DNA of 44,597 nt from a virus (IMGVR_UViG_3300033388_002660:1-44597); one strand, 5' to 3'; numbered from the stretch's first letter, positions 10,541 to 19,135 are shown. Notes: generated by a model not told the origin, from the letters alone. Translations and numbers: made by a program.

Positions 10541-10716
10541 AATTCACTAAACCTTATTGTTGTTACCTGACCGTCACCCTCTTCGCCAAGCTGTTCTATG
10601 TAGCCGGTCCCATCTCTTAAAATTTTAATGGCTTTTTGAAACTCGGAAACGTCCTGTTCGAATACTTGCGCTTTCTGAATCTCGTAAGACAAAACTCTGA
10701 TTACTTTATCAAACAT
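10537..10716 (-). CDS. Small hypothetical protein (59 aa, MFDKVIRVLSYEIQK...), not in ORF track
   Basis: Translated by hand; GGGAG upstream; its TGA overlaps the ATG of the next gene. Confidence 0.6.
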   Translation of the reverse strand: MFDKVIRVLSYEIQKAQVFEQDVSEFQKAIKILRDGTGYIEQLGEEGDGQVTTIRFSEL

Positions 10717-10836
10717 CTTAAAACATCTCCCTTAAAAAATCCCCACAAACACAGCGATCCTAACTCCAAACTTATTTGCTGGTAACTCGTACCAGCGTAA
10801 TCACTGCCCCCATGCCCAAGATTGTGAGGAAACTGT

Positions 10837-12438
10837 TTAGCTATTATTCTCCTTATCCACCCTGGCGTTAATCGCCCTCAGCAACAGCTCAGCCTCTTGC
10901 GCTGTCATGTCACTGACCTTCTCTGTGCTGATAAGTCCATTTTCAAACAGGTTGTCACAAGCGACAATATAAGCGGCCTCGTGGACAAACTTTGCCTTGG
11001 CTACCTGGCCTATGAAGTCAAGGCGTACCATCTCGGCATCGTCCGGTGGCTCTCCGTTGCCTGCCTGCTCTTGTGCTGCGCCCTCTGTCTCTTCAGGTGG
11101 CTGCGTTTCGTTTTCTTCGACCTTCTCATGTCCCACAACTGGAGGGTTGATATCATATTGAACCAGAATGTCCCCAAACTTATCAAGCAGGAAGGTCAGA
11201 TCGCCATAAAGAGCGCCCCATTTTTTAAGGGCTCCATCTCTCTGCGTGATGCTGGCTTTTGTCCATGTCAGCCTGTTGTCATAAACATACTTTGCAAAGC
11301 CTGTCCATTTTTCAACAGGAGTCTCTTTGTGAAACGTGCCGGATCGCGCTGATTTGAAGCTTGCAAGCTCCCACTCAGGACGGCCTATGATAAGGGTGTC
11401 ATTCTCAAGGATCTCCTCGTCCTGGCCCTCTGGCTTGCCTGGAGCCTGCTTTTTGGTATCACCGGCCTGGTCGGGGTATTGATCCTCTGGCAAGAAGGAT
11501 TCTTTTTTCTCTGGGCCGAGCGTTTCGCTCGTCACCTTAAGATCCTCTTTTTTCACAATTACCGTTTTGCTGTTTTCGTCTTTTGCGGGTGTTTCAGGTG
11601 GGCAGATACACTCATCTTTTTTGTGGCCACAACCGGGGCAATAGGCAGGATGAGCCCTGTCCTTCTCTGCTGGTTTTGTGAGATCCGGTTCGTCTATGTC
11701 GTCAACAGGTGGTTTGGTTTCTGTGACCACTTTCTCCTTCTCAGGCTCATCTTGCTTACCCGCAGGCTTGGGCTTGCTTCCATACATCTCCGCTTTGTTG
11801 ACAGGGGGTTTTTCTTTGGTGGCTTCGGGAACTATCTCTCCATCAACAATATTGTTGGGTTTTGTTTGAACCTCATCCACATCATCAATATCTGCATCTG
11901 TCCTGAGCCCTTTAAGAACGTCAGGAAAAGCATCTCGTAGACACCAGCTCCGGGCTCTCATCTGGCACATGCGCTCAGGATAGTTTTTCCAACTGTCTTT
12001 TGTTAAAAGCTTTGCAGCCCCGGCCTGCTTAATTCCGAAGCTCCTGGCTATGGGTTTTTCTTCTCCCTTGCGGTATGCGATTGCTGTGGCCTTGAACGCT
12101 TCGCCTTCGCCTTCTTGTCGCTCTTCAAAGGATACCATTAGGCCGCTGTTTCTAACGACCGCCAGGGGTGCATCTCCCCAAATTACAGGGCGGTTGTTTA
12201 TTACTGCGATACTGTTGATGCTCTGCATTGGAGAAAAGCCAAGCTCAAAACCATATTGCAGGGCAATAAAAACAACCTCTGTCCTCTCCATGCCTTTTGG
12301 CATAATCCTTGACGCTGCCATAACGTGAGCTAAGCGCCACATGCCGTCGAAGTCGTTTGGGATTAAGCCCCTACCTTCAACGTATGGTACTACCGCTCCT
12401 GATCCCGCTTTCTGTACTTCGTCTTTTTCATTGTCCAT
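10837..12438 (-). CDS. RecT/Beta-like ssDNA annealing protein with long C-terminal extension
   Basis: N-terminal YGFELGFSPMQSINSIAVINNRPVIWGD...W..YPERM...RARSWCLRDAFPDVL.G pattern of phage annealases; adjacent to a RecE-like gene. Confidence 0.8.
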   Translation of the reverse strand: MDNEKDEVQKAGSGAVVPYVEGRGLIPNDFDGMWRLAHVMAASRIMPKGMERTEVVFIALQYGFELGFSPMQSINSIAVINNRPVIWGDAPLAVVRNSGLMVSFEERQEGEGEAFKATAIAYRKGEEKPIARSFGIKQAGAAKLLTKDSWKNYPERMCQMRARSWCLRDAFPDVLKGLRTDADIDDVDEVQTKPNNIVDGEIVPEATKEKPPVNKAEMYGSKPKPAGKQDEPEKEKVVTETKPPVDDIDEPDLTKPAEKDRAHPAYCPGCGHKKDECICPPETPAKDENSKTVIVKKEDLKVTSETLGPEKKESFLPEDQYPDQAGDTKKQAPGKPEGQDEEILENDTLIIGRPEWELASFKSARSGTFHKETPVEKWTGFAKYVYDNRLTWTKASITQRDGALKKWGALYGDLTFLLDKFGDILVQYDINPPVVGHEKVEENETQPPEETEGAAQEQAGNGEPPDDAEMVRLDFIGQVAKAKFVHEAAYIVACDNLFENGLISTEKVSDMTAQEAELLLRAINARVDKENNS

Positions 12439-12539
12439 TTTCAATTCTCCTTTTCCTTAAATTAATGTTTGCTTTGCCATGGGAGCTAACTCTCCACATC
12501 CACACTGACAATATGCTTGTGAGTTTAACATAAGCCTCC

Positions 12540-13433
12540 TCAATACGGCAAGTCGTCATCGTCAATATTGAATGTCTCATACTGCGAAAGATCCTCGCCC
12601 AGGACAACCTCTTCGTCAGGATAACCAGGGAAGATCCCTGTCTCAAGACATTCCGCGTACCTCTCACAAACTTCCTCTATCTGTTCCCCGGCCCCTTCTA
12701 CCCCCTCCTTGTCTGTAACATAAACTATTGACTCATGGGGCGGGTAAGTCTCTGCGACCAGCCAGCGCCACTCCTTATGATCTACGCCTGTGGTTATGGT
12801 CAAGCCTGTCAAGTACCAGTAAGCTTGCCAGTAATACTTGAGGTTCCTGGCTATCCACTTAAACCTGTGGTATACCGCTTTTTCAGTGGTTTTAAGATCC
12901 GTCACAATAGGCTCCTCAGTGTCGCAAAGCCAATCAGTACGGCCTTTACAATAGAATCCATAGACCGGATGTTTCCAAATGATAGACTTCTGCGCCCAGC
13001 CTGACTCCAGGAGGCGTGAGGCGGCTTTCTTTTTAAAGACGGCTTGGGCTGTTCCTCTCGCTCTGCCGTATTTGTCTGGGGATAGTTTTGTCTTGTCAGG
13101 CCCAACGCTAAAATCCCACTCCTTGTATTTCTTTGAGCTCTTGTTCCAGTCTGGCGTTTGGATAACCTCATTTTTAAACCGCTCGGGCTCAAAGATAGCC
13201 AGGTCAACCGCAGATCCAAACGCGAAGGCAGATAACTGTTGTGCCGTGAAGGGCTTACCTACTCCCTGGCCGTCCAGCTTGCACTTGAAATGTAACATGC
13301 TGTAATCATATGCAATCTTCATGCTTGAGTTGTTTAGGGCTTTTATGCGGTGATATTTCTCCTCTTCAATATTGAAGACTCCGCAAGCTGTGGGATTCAT
13401 GTTCTCGTCAAAGGGTGTGTCAAATTTTTCCAT
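12540..13433 (-). CDS. RecE/ExoVIII-like PD-(D/E)XK exonuclease (DUF3799-like)
   Basis: YH...LNNSSMK, FGSAVD..IFEPE, CKGRTDWL, VTDLKTT and Y.WQAYWY motifs. Confidence 0.85.
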   Translation of the reverse strand: MEKFDTPFDENMNPTACGVFNIEEEKYHRIKALNNSSMKIAYDYSMLHFKCKLDGQGVGKPFTAQQLSAFAFGSAVDLAIFEPERFKNEVIQTPDWNKSSKKYKEWDFSVGPDKTKLSPDKYGRARGTAQAVFKKKAASRLLESGWAQKSIIWKHPVYGFYCKGRTDWLCDTEEPIVTDLKTTEKAVYHRFKWIARNLKYYWQAYWYLTGLTITTGVDHKEWRWLVAETYPPHESIVYVTDKEGVEGAGEQIEEVCERYAECLETGIFPGYPDEEVVLGEDLSQYETFNIDDDDLPY

Positions 13434-14152
13434 TATAATTTACCTCTATTATCTATTATTTTGAAAAGAATATCCTTAAAAGTTTTCCACCAACCCAAAG
13501 CCTCATATTGTTCAGCCTCTTTATCTGGCATTATGCGCCATTCTTCAACCGTTTTCATACCACAACCTATTTGGATGTGAAAATCAGATATGGTTATATT
13601 GTATTCGAATCCAATAATATTGATTAGTTTTAACTCGGACACCTGAGCATTCCCGGACACCCAAGCCTTCCCGGACACCCGAGCCTTCCCGGACACCTGA
13701 GCATCCCCGTACACCTGAGCATCCCCGGACACCCAAGCCTTCCCGGACACCTGAGCATTCCCGGACACCCAAGCCTTCCCGGACACCCAAGCCTTCCCGG
13801 ACACCCAAGCCTTCCCGGACACCTGAGCATTCCCGGACACCTGAGCATCCCCGTACACCTGAGCATCCCCGTACACCTGAGCATTCCCGGACACCTGAGC
13901 ATCCCCGGACACCTGAGCATCCCCGTACACCCAAGCATTCCCGGACACCTGAGCATTCCCGGACACCTGAGCATCCCCGTACACCCAAGCATTCCCGGAC
14001 ACCTGAGCAAGATTGCTTTCGCTTTCTATATACCCGCCAAGATCACCTTTTTTTATAGATGCAAATGCTTCTATAGCCCTTATCCTGATAACCGTTATGC
14101 CCAAAAATTTTTTAGTATCTTCTTTGACAAATTCATACTTTTTTGCTGGCAT
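13433..14152 (-). CDS. Hexapeptide-repeat (left-handed beta-helix-like) phage protein
   Basis: GDLGGYIE.E.NL followed by 21 A(Q/W/R)V(S/Y)G(N/D/K) units; C-terminal IGC motif. Confidence 0.85.
   Translation of the reverse strand: MPAKKYEFVKEDTKKFLGITVIRIRAIEAFASIKKGDLGGYIESESNLAQVSGNAWVYGDAQVSGNAQVSGNAWVYGDAQVSGDAQVSGNAQVYGDAQVYGDAQVSGNAQVSGKAWVSGKAWVSGKAWVSGNAQVSGKAWVSGDAQVYGDAQVSGKARVSGKAWVSGNAQVSELKLINIIGFEYNITISDFHIQIGCGMKTVEEWRIMPDKEAEQYEALGWWKTFKDILFKIIDNRGKL
13636..14008 (-). repeat. 18-bp coding tandem repeat, ~21 copies
   Basis: Plus-strand units such as acacctgagcattcccgg and acacccaagccttcccgg. Confidence 0.95.
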
Positions 14153-14153
14153 T

Positions 14154-14417
14154 TCAATTCTCCTTTCCTGTGCCTGTTAAAGTAAACCACTTTCTGTCCG
14201 GTGGTGTTAACCCACCCATTAATCCCTTTGAAAACAGTTTGTTTGCTCGATAGTTCCTCCTATATCTCATGTAGTTGGTTAAAAGGTATGCGACGACAAA
14301 CAGGCAGGCTCCCCCGAAATTTACCCAGGGGAACCAAGCGCCGTCTTGAGTGCTTAGGATTATCGCAGCTGTTAGTAATAAAGCAAGTATCCAGTTCATT
14401 TGTATTTCTCCATCCAT
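14154..14417 (-). CDS. Small two-TM membrane protein
   Basis: Two hydrophobic segments followed by a basic tail. Confidence 0.6.
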   Translation of the reverse strand: MDGEIQMNWILALLLTAAIILSTQDGAWFPWVNFGGACLFVVAYLLTNYMRYRRNYRANKLFSKGLMGGLTPPDRKWFTLTGTGKEN

Positions 14418-14604
14418 TTTATAGTTTTAGGTTCGGTTCTATCGTGGCGCTGGTATAAACGATCTATAATAGATAGTCTCAGCCCTTTTTTCCATTGATC
14501 CATTAAGCGCCAACATTCTGCGTTCCAGTTTCTTGGTCCTGTGGTGGCTCCTTGTATATGTAAAAAAACATTTGGCTTAGCTCCTTTTCCGTTAGGTTTA
14601 GCTT

Positions 14605-14633
14605 AGAATAAATGAAGAAAAAAGCGTTGTCAA
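14605..14633 (-). promoter_or_regulatory. Leftward sigma70-type promoter
   Basis: Minus strand TTGACA (14633-14628), 17-bp spacer, TATTCT (14610-14605). Confidence 0.7.
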
Positions 14634-14654
14634 GAAAAAAGATAATAATATTTG

Positions 14655-14683
14655 TTGACACCCCATAATAGCTGTGAAACAAT
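14655..14683 (+). promoter_or_regulatory. Rightward sigma70-type promoter (divergent pair with the leftward one)
   Basis: TTGACA 14655-14660, 17-bp spacer, TGn-AACAAT; upstream of the Cro-like gene. Confidence 0.65.
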
Positions 14684-14713
14684 CCCTTTAAATTTACATA
14701 ACAGGAGGTAATT

Positions 14714-14911
14714 ATGACAGAGATTAACTGGAAGCTAAAAGAAAAGATCGTGGATACGTGCGGATCTCAGGCAGATTTTGCCAGGTTAATGAGCTTAGAT
14801 GACACTTATGTCTCAAAAATCATCCGTGGCAGGCGCAAGCTCGATGAGGTAGGTCAAAGGCTTTGGGCTGGCGTTTTGGATTGTGATGTTTGTGAGCTTT
14901 GGGAGGATTGA
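14714..14911 (+). CDS. Cro/XRE-like HTH regulator
   Basis: GSQADFARLMSLDDTYVSKIIRGRR HTH pattern; AGGAGG RBS; first gene after the divergent promoter. Confidence 0.85.
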   Translation: MTEINWKLKEKIVDTCGSQADFARLMSLDDTYVSKIIRGRRKLDEVGQRLWAGVLDCDVCELWED

Positions 14912-14987
14912 TAGAATGAAGTCTACTTCCGGTACCACATCACAAAAAAACAAGATACGTCCGGGAGCATCCTCAAATATAAAGAGG

Positions 14988-15866
14988 ATGGCCACAACCT
15001 ATCCTGGCGGGAAAGGCGGGGCCGGTGTTCATCAAAACATTATAAATCTAATCCCAAAACACAAAGTGTATGTTGAGGCCTGCATCGGTGGCGGTTCGAT
15101 TATGAAATATAAAAAACCAGCTGACATCAATATCGGGCTGGATGTTGATCCGGAAGTTATAAAGTTCTGGACTCGAGCTGATATCTCAAAAATTATGGTT
15201 ACCCCCCGGGCGGCCGGTATACCCAGGGAACATTCTTCAGTATCCTATACCCAAAAAAAAGGTGATTGGATCCCGAAGGATGCACCCCGGGTGAATAGTC
15301 GATCGGGCATAATAAAAAATAAAGAGCGGCGCCGGATCCCACCACCATTTTTAAAGAGTGGTGATGAAATGCATTATTTTGATTTTATAAATACAGATGC
15401 AGTACTCTGGATAGGCGATCGCTTACATGAAATAAATCAAGATTGGTTTATTTATGTTGATCCTCCGTACGTTATCGATACCAGGAAGGGTGGCAAGCTA
15501 TATCGGTATGAAATGACGGACTTTCAACATATTCAATTATTAAATCTCCTCCTGGATACACCGGCAAATATCATAATATCCGGGTATTGGTCATCACTGT
15601 ATAATGATATGCTGCAGGGTTGGAATACGTTCAATTTCGAAGCCAGCACAAGAAACGGCATGGCTACTGAATGGCTCTGGTTTAATTACGAAAAGCCTGA
15701 TCACCTCCATGATTATAGGTATATTGGATCTGACTTTAAAAAGCGTGAGGCGATAAAGAATAAAAGAAAAAGGTGGGTATCCAGACTTTCAAAGCTGCCG
15801 GCAGCCGAAAGAAATGCGATGCTCGAGGCGTTAAATTATTATCATAAAAAAGGAGAATTAATATGA
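14988..15866 (+). CDS. Dam-like (D12 class) N6-adenine DNA methyltransferase
   Basis: YPGGKG, YVEACIGGGS, YVDPPY, IISGY and EWLWFNY motifs. Start moved from 14883 to ATG 14988. Confidence 0.85.
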   Translation: MATTYPGGKGGAGVHQNIINLIPKHKVYVEACIGGGSIMKYKKPADINIGLDVDPEVIKFWTRADISKIMVTPRAAGIPREHSSVSYTQKKGDWIPKDAPRVNSRSGIIKNKERRRIPPPFLKSGDEMHYFDFINTDAVLWIGDRLHEINQDWFIYVDPPYVIDTRKGGKLYRYEMTDFQHIQLLNLLLDTPANIIISGYWSSLYNDMLQGWNTFNFEASTRNGMATEWLWFNYEKPDHLHDYRYIGSDFKKREAIKNKRKRWVSRLSKLPAAERNAMLEALNYYHKKGELI

Positions 15867-16720
15867 GCCAAACAAAGATAGAATGGACAGACGAAACGTG
15901 GAATATTATAACGGGTTGCGACAAGATAAGCCCCGGTTGTCAAAACTGCTACGCGGCGAAGATGTCAAAGCGTCTTGCCGGTAGGTACGGGTATCCTAAA
16001 GACGATCCGTTTAAGGTTACGTTTCATCCTGACAAGCTTTATCAACCCCAGAAATGGAAAAAGCCACGCAGGATATTTGTTTGTTCTATGGGTGATCTTT
16101 TTCATAAAAATGTTCCTTTTAACCATATAAATCAAGTTTTTAATGCGGCATTTCATGCACCCCAACACACATATATTGTACTCACAAAGCGACCAGACAT
16201 AATGCAGCGATACTTTGAATCATGTAGAGATAGGGGTGTCCCTGTGTTGCATTGGGAGAGACACGGTTTAAAATTATGGAAAGGAGTAACCGCGGAGAAT
16301 CAAGAGCAAGCAGACAAGAGAATCCCTGTCCTGTTACAGATCCCGGCTAAAGTAAGATTTGTGTCTGTTGAACCGATGCTATCACAGATAAATTTTTTCC
16401 CAGGGCTTCCAGATTTTCTTGATTTTTCGTACACAACAGATCCACCAAGAATAGATTGGGTAATATGCGGCGGCGAATCAGGCTCCAAAGCAAGGCCAAC
16501 GCATCCAGACTGGGCAAGATTGTTAAGGGATCAGTGTGAAGAAGCTGGCACACCTTTTTTCTTTAAACAGTGGGGCGAATGGCTTCCGTTTGACCAGAGA
16601 GTAGCAGGACAGATAAGTAATTCTGAAGGATTTAAGAGAAACAAATGGGCATGGAAAACTGGAAAAAAGATAGCTGGCAGGCTTTTAGACAATAAACTTT
16701 GGGATCAGTTCCCAGAATAA
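15863..16720 (+). CDS. Phage Gp37/Gp68 (DUF5131) radical-SAM-like protein
   Basis: TKIEWTD.TWN..TGC.KISPGC.NCYA, FVCSMGDLFH, LTKRP, SVEPML, WVICGGESG and FFFKQWGEW motifs. Confidence 0.92.
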   Translation: MSQTKIEWTDETWNIITGCDKISPGCQNCYAAKMSKRLAGRYGYPKDDPFKVTFHPDKLYQPQKWKKPRRIFVCSMGDLFHKNVPFNHINQVFNAAFHAPQHTYIVLTKRPDIMQRYFESCRDRGVPVLHWERHGLKLWKGVTAENQEQADKRIPVLLQIPAKVRFVSVEPMLSQINFFPGLPDFLDFSYTTDPPRIDWVICGGESGSKARPTHPDWARLLRDQCEEAGTPFFFKQWGEWLPFDQRVAGQISNSEGFKRNKWAWKTGKKIAGRLLDNKLWDQFPE

Positions 16721-16726
16721 AAACGC

Positions 16727-16755
16727 TTGACAGCCATTTTTGATTGATTTAGGGT
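16727..16755 (+). promoter_or_regulatory. Putative promoter of the replication operon
   Basis: TTGACA 16727-16732, 17-bp spacer, TAGGGT. Confidence 0.5.
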
Positions 16756-16776
16756 TGCGTGAATTAAGAGACCACC

Positions 16777-16890
16777 ATGAATAATCAAATAATAGAAATA
16801 AGCGCAAGGCTAAAGAGTCCTTTCCGACTGTGGTGGTCTTATATGGCTCCGAGGCCTTGCGCTGATTTGTGCGATTTGGTGACACTATGA
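16777..16890 (+). CDS. Putative 37-aa leader peptide coupled (ATGA overlap) to the replication initiator
   Basis: MNNQIIEISARLKSPFRLWWSYMAPRPCADLCDLVTL*; TGA 16888-16890 overlaps ATG 16887. Confidence 0.45.
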   Translation: MNNQIIEISARLKSPFRLWWSYMAPRPCADLCDLVTL

Positions 16891-17696
16891 AGGGTGTTAA
16901 GGGCAAATCCCCCGCTATCCAATGGTATTATAAAGACTGGCTTTCCGATAAAAAACTTCAAAGAGCTTCAGCCTCATCAAGAGGAATTTGGATTAATATC
17001 TTAATGTATATGCTTGATGATGATGGAGACAATAAAGGCACTCTTGAGGATTTAACCCTAAGAGAAATAGCTAATCTTGGTAGCTCGACCGAGGATGAGG
17101 CCGGTCTTTTTATTGAAGAGGCTAAAAAGCTTACATTTTGTGACATTTGTGTGACAGGTCACGGTGTGTCCTACATAAAGTCACGCAGAATTATAAGAGA
17201 TGATAGAAATCGCTTAAACGCATGTATGCGTAAGCGCGATCAAAGAAACAAAGAGGCTCAAAAAGATGATGTCACAGATATGTCACAAAAAAGTCACAAC
17301 CCCTCTCCTACTCCTACTCCTACTCCTACTCCTACTAAAAGAGATATACATATGTGTCCCTACCTCCAAATAATCGAAATTTATCACACAACACTTCCGA
17401 ACTTACCAGAGGTTAATTTAAACGATAACCTTAAAAAAAGAATCAAAGCCAGGTGGAAAGAGCACAAAGTGCTTTCCTGGTGGCAATGGTACTTTGATGG
17501 TGTCTCAGAGTGTCCTTATCTCATGGGCCAGGTTAATGATTGGGCAGCTAACTTTCACTGGCTGCTCGGACCTAAGAACATGACAAAGGTTTTAAACGGC
17601 GCATATGTAGACCGCAAGAATATGAAAGAGAAACAAATTTTTGATAATTTTGATAAATGGCTTAAGGGGCGTGAAAATGAGAACTCAGGACAATGA
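16887..17696 (+). CDS. Phage replication initiator (replisome organiser, lambda-O analogue)
   Basis: N-terminal PAIQWYYKDWLSD pattern, PTPTPTPTPT linker, C-terminal W.ANFHWL....N.TKVLNG.Y; contains iteron-like repeats. Confidence 0.75.
   Translation: MKGVKGKSPAIQWYYKDWLSDKKLQRASASSRGIWINILMYMLDDDGDNKGTLEDLTLREIANLGSSTEDEAGLFIEEAKKLTFCDICVTGHGVSYIKSRRIIRDDRNRLNACMRKRDQRNKEAQKDDVTDMSQKSHNPSPTPTPTPTPTKRDIHMCPYLQIIEIYHTTLPNLPEVNLNDNLKKRIKARWKEHKVLSWWQWYFDGVSECPYLMGQVNDWAANFHWLLGPKNMTKVLNGAYVDRKNMKEKQIFDNFDKWLKGRENENSGQ
17139..17300. repeat. GTCAC(A)/TGTGAC iteron-like cluster; probable replication origin inside the rep gene
   Basis: tgtgac.atttg.tgtgac.aggtcac (17139-17163), gtcacg (~17180), tgtcaca.gata.tgtcaca.aaaaa.gtcaca (17270-17298). 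Confidence 0.6.
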
Positions 17697-18183
17697 GAGG
17701 TTTAAGGCGGCAATAAAAACCCTGGCGCTTAATGCCGGGGTAGATATTGAAGAGGATAAGCTTAAAATTTATTTTATGGCCTTGGAGGAATTTAAGATTG
17801 ACCAGGTTGAAAGGGCTTGTGCTAAGGTTCTGCGTACCTGGAAATATAACAACATGCCGACAGTAGCGCACATTATAGAAGGCATAGAAGGGCCGAGACC
17901 ACAGCTTGAAGATAAAGCGATGGTGTGCGCAAATAAAATCATTGAGCACTTAAGAGTTTATGGCAGAACAAAGGTACTTGAGATTGATGACCCTATAGCG
18001 ATGCAGCTTATGTTAAGGCGCTGGCCTTATTATAATTGGGCGCAAACAATTTTAGAAGATGATCTCAAGTGGTGGGTAAAAGATTTTTGTGCAGCTTATA
18101 TGCCCGAGACAAAAACTGATAATATCCAAATAGGCCATGATTTTAAGCCTCTTCTTGAAAATTTAACCAAGCCAATAGAATAG
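17677..18183 (+). CDS. Replication accessory protein (helicase loader/inhibitor-like)
   Basis: Directly after the initiator; YF.AL.EF.IDQVERAC...MPTVAHI pattern typical of genes in this position. Confidence 0.55.
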   Translation: MRTQDNERFKAAIKTLALNAGVDIEEDKLKIYFMALEEFKIDQVERACAKVLRTWKYNNMPTVAHIIEGIEGPRPQLEDKAMVCANKIIEHLRVYGRTKVLEIDDPIAMQLMLRRWPYYNWAQTILEDDLKWWVKDFCAAYMPETKTDNIQIGHDFKPLLENLTKPIE

Positions 18184-18192
18184 GATTTTATA

Positions 18193-18753
18193 ATGGAATT
18201 TGAATATTTAAAAGCCCTGGCCACATCAATTTATGGCTATTTTAATCGTAAGTATCCGAGCGATGTGCAATTAGAGTTGTGGAACGATGAGCTTGGGCAC
18301 ATACCAGAGGAAACCAGAAAATATATTTTTAATGAAATTATTAAGCATGACACCATACCCCAAAATGTGCCCAAAGTGATTAAGTCTATCTATCAACAAT
18401 GGCGCAAAGACAATCCAAGCAAGGTAGCTTTTAAGTATGAGGATTGTGAATATTGCAATATGTCTGGAGGGTTAGTTTTCCAGATAAAAGGTTATGATTT
18501 TATGTGTCGGTGTGGCCACTGTCAGAATTGGCGGGGGTCTTATGGTGAAAATATGGCTGCTATGTATACAGTGTTACAAATAGAAGCAACGGGCGGTCTG
18601 GTTGTGAAAACACCCTATGACTCAGCTTTTGGTGGATTAAAGAAAAGAGATATTAAGCCACCGCTTAAAAATTTGACAAAATCAATAGATGAGGAGTGTT
18701 ATGGAAAAACTAATAAAAGCGGCAGTAGAAACAGCCGAGAAAAACAAGCTTAA
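18193..18753 (+). CDS. Replication-region protein with Zn-binding Cys motifs
   Basis: CEYC...CRCGHC motifs; helical N-terminus resembling the preceding gene. Confidence 0.55.
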   Translation: MEFEYLKALATSIYGYFNRKYPSDVQLELWNDELGHIPEETRKYIFNEIIKHDTIPQNVPKVIKSIYQQWRKDNPSKVAFKYEDCEYCNMSGGLVFQIKGYDFMCRCGHCQNWRGSYGENMAAMYTVLQIEATGGLVVKTPYDSAFGGLKKRDIKPPLKNLTKSIDEECYGKTNKSGSRNSREKQA

Positions 18754-18868
18754 AGTTTCTGAGCTTATCTTCCTGGGCCGTCACAGGTATGAGGAGCATG
18801 ATGTCACGGTCTATCACTTTAACGTCAAGGGGAACGGCACTACTTTGACTTATATCGAAAAGGAGTAA
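18701..18868 (+). CDS. Small hypothetical protein (55 aa, MEKLIKAAVETAEK...), not in ORF track
   Basis: GAGGAG RBS; stop abuts the next ATG. Confidence 0.55.
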   Translation: MEKLIKAAVETAEKNKLKVSELIFLGRHRYEEHDVTVYHFNVKGNGTTLTYIEKE

Positions 18869-18869
18869 T

Positions 18870-19133
18870 ATGGAATCTTTAAAGAAAAGACCGGCAAACA
18901 TGCTCGATGTTTTTAATCATCACCTGGGGCGACTCAGCTTAAACCCTTTGATCGGTGCGAGCAACATCATAGGGAGTATGAGAGATCAGCTTAAAGCTGA
19001 GTTTACAAGAGCTATGCAGGACAGTTCTCATCTCAGAGATGTTGTTTTTGATGAGGATTACAGCAAGCGCCGGAAAAAGCGCAACAAAATCGCTTACAGA
19101 TGCAGGCGTGTCAATCGGTTGAGGGGTGCTTGA
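18870..19133 (+). CDS. Hypothetical protein
   Basis: AAGGAG RBS; operon packing. Confidence 0.6.
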   Translation: MESLKKRPANMLDVFNHHLGRLSLNPLIGASNIIGSMRDQLKAEFTRAMQDSSHLRDVVFDEDYSKRRKKRNKIAYRCRRVNRLRGA

Positions 19134-19135
19134 TT

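Noticed and set aside
13584-14010. Alternative-frame repeat ORFs (GVRGCS..., MLRCPG...) or a CRISPR-like reading of the 18-bp repeat
   Set aside because: These are frame shadows of the hexapeptide-repeat gene, and there are no spacers.
17304-17336. (CTCCTA)n hexamer repeat
   Set aside because: It encodes the PTPTPT linker of the initiator; an ordinary coding microsatellite.
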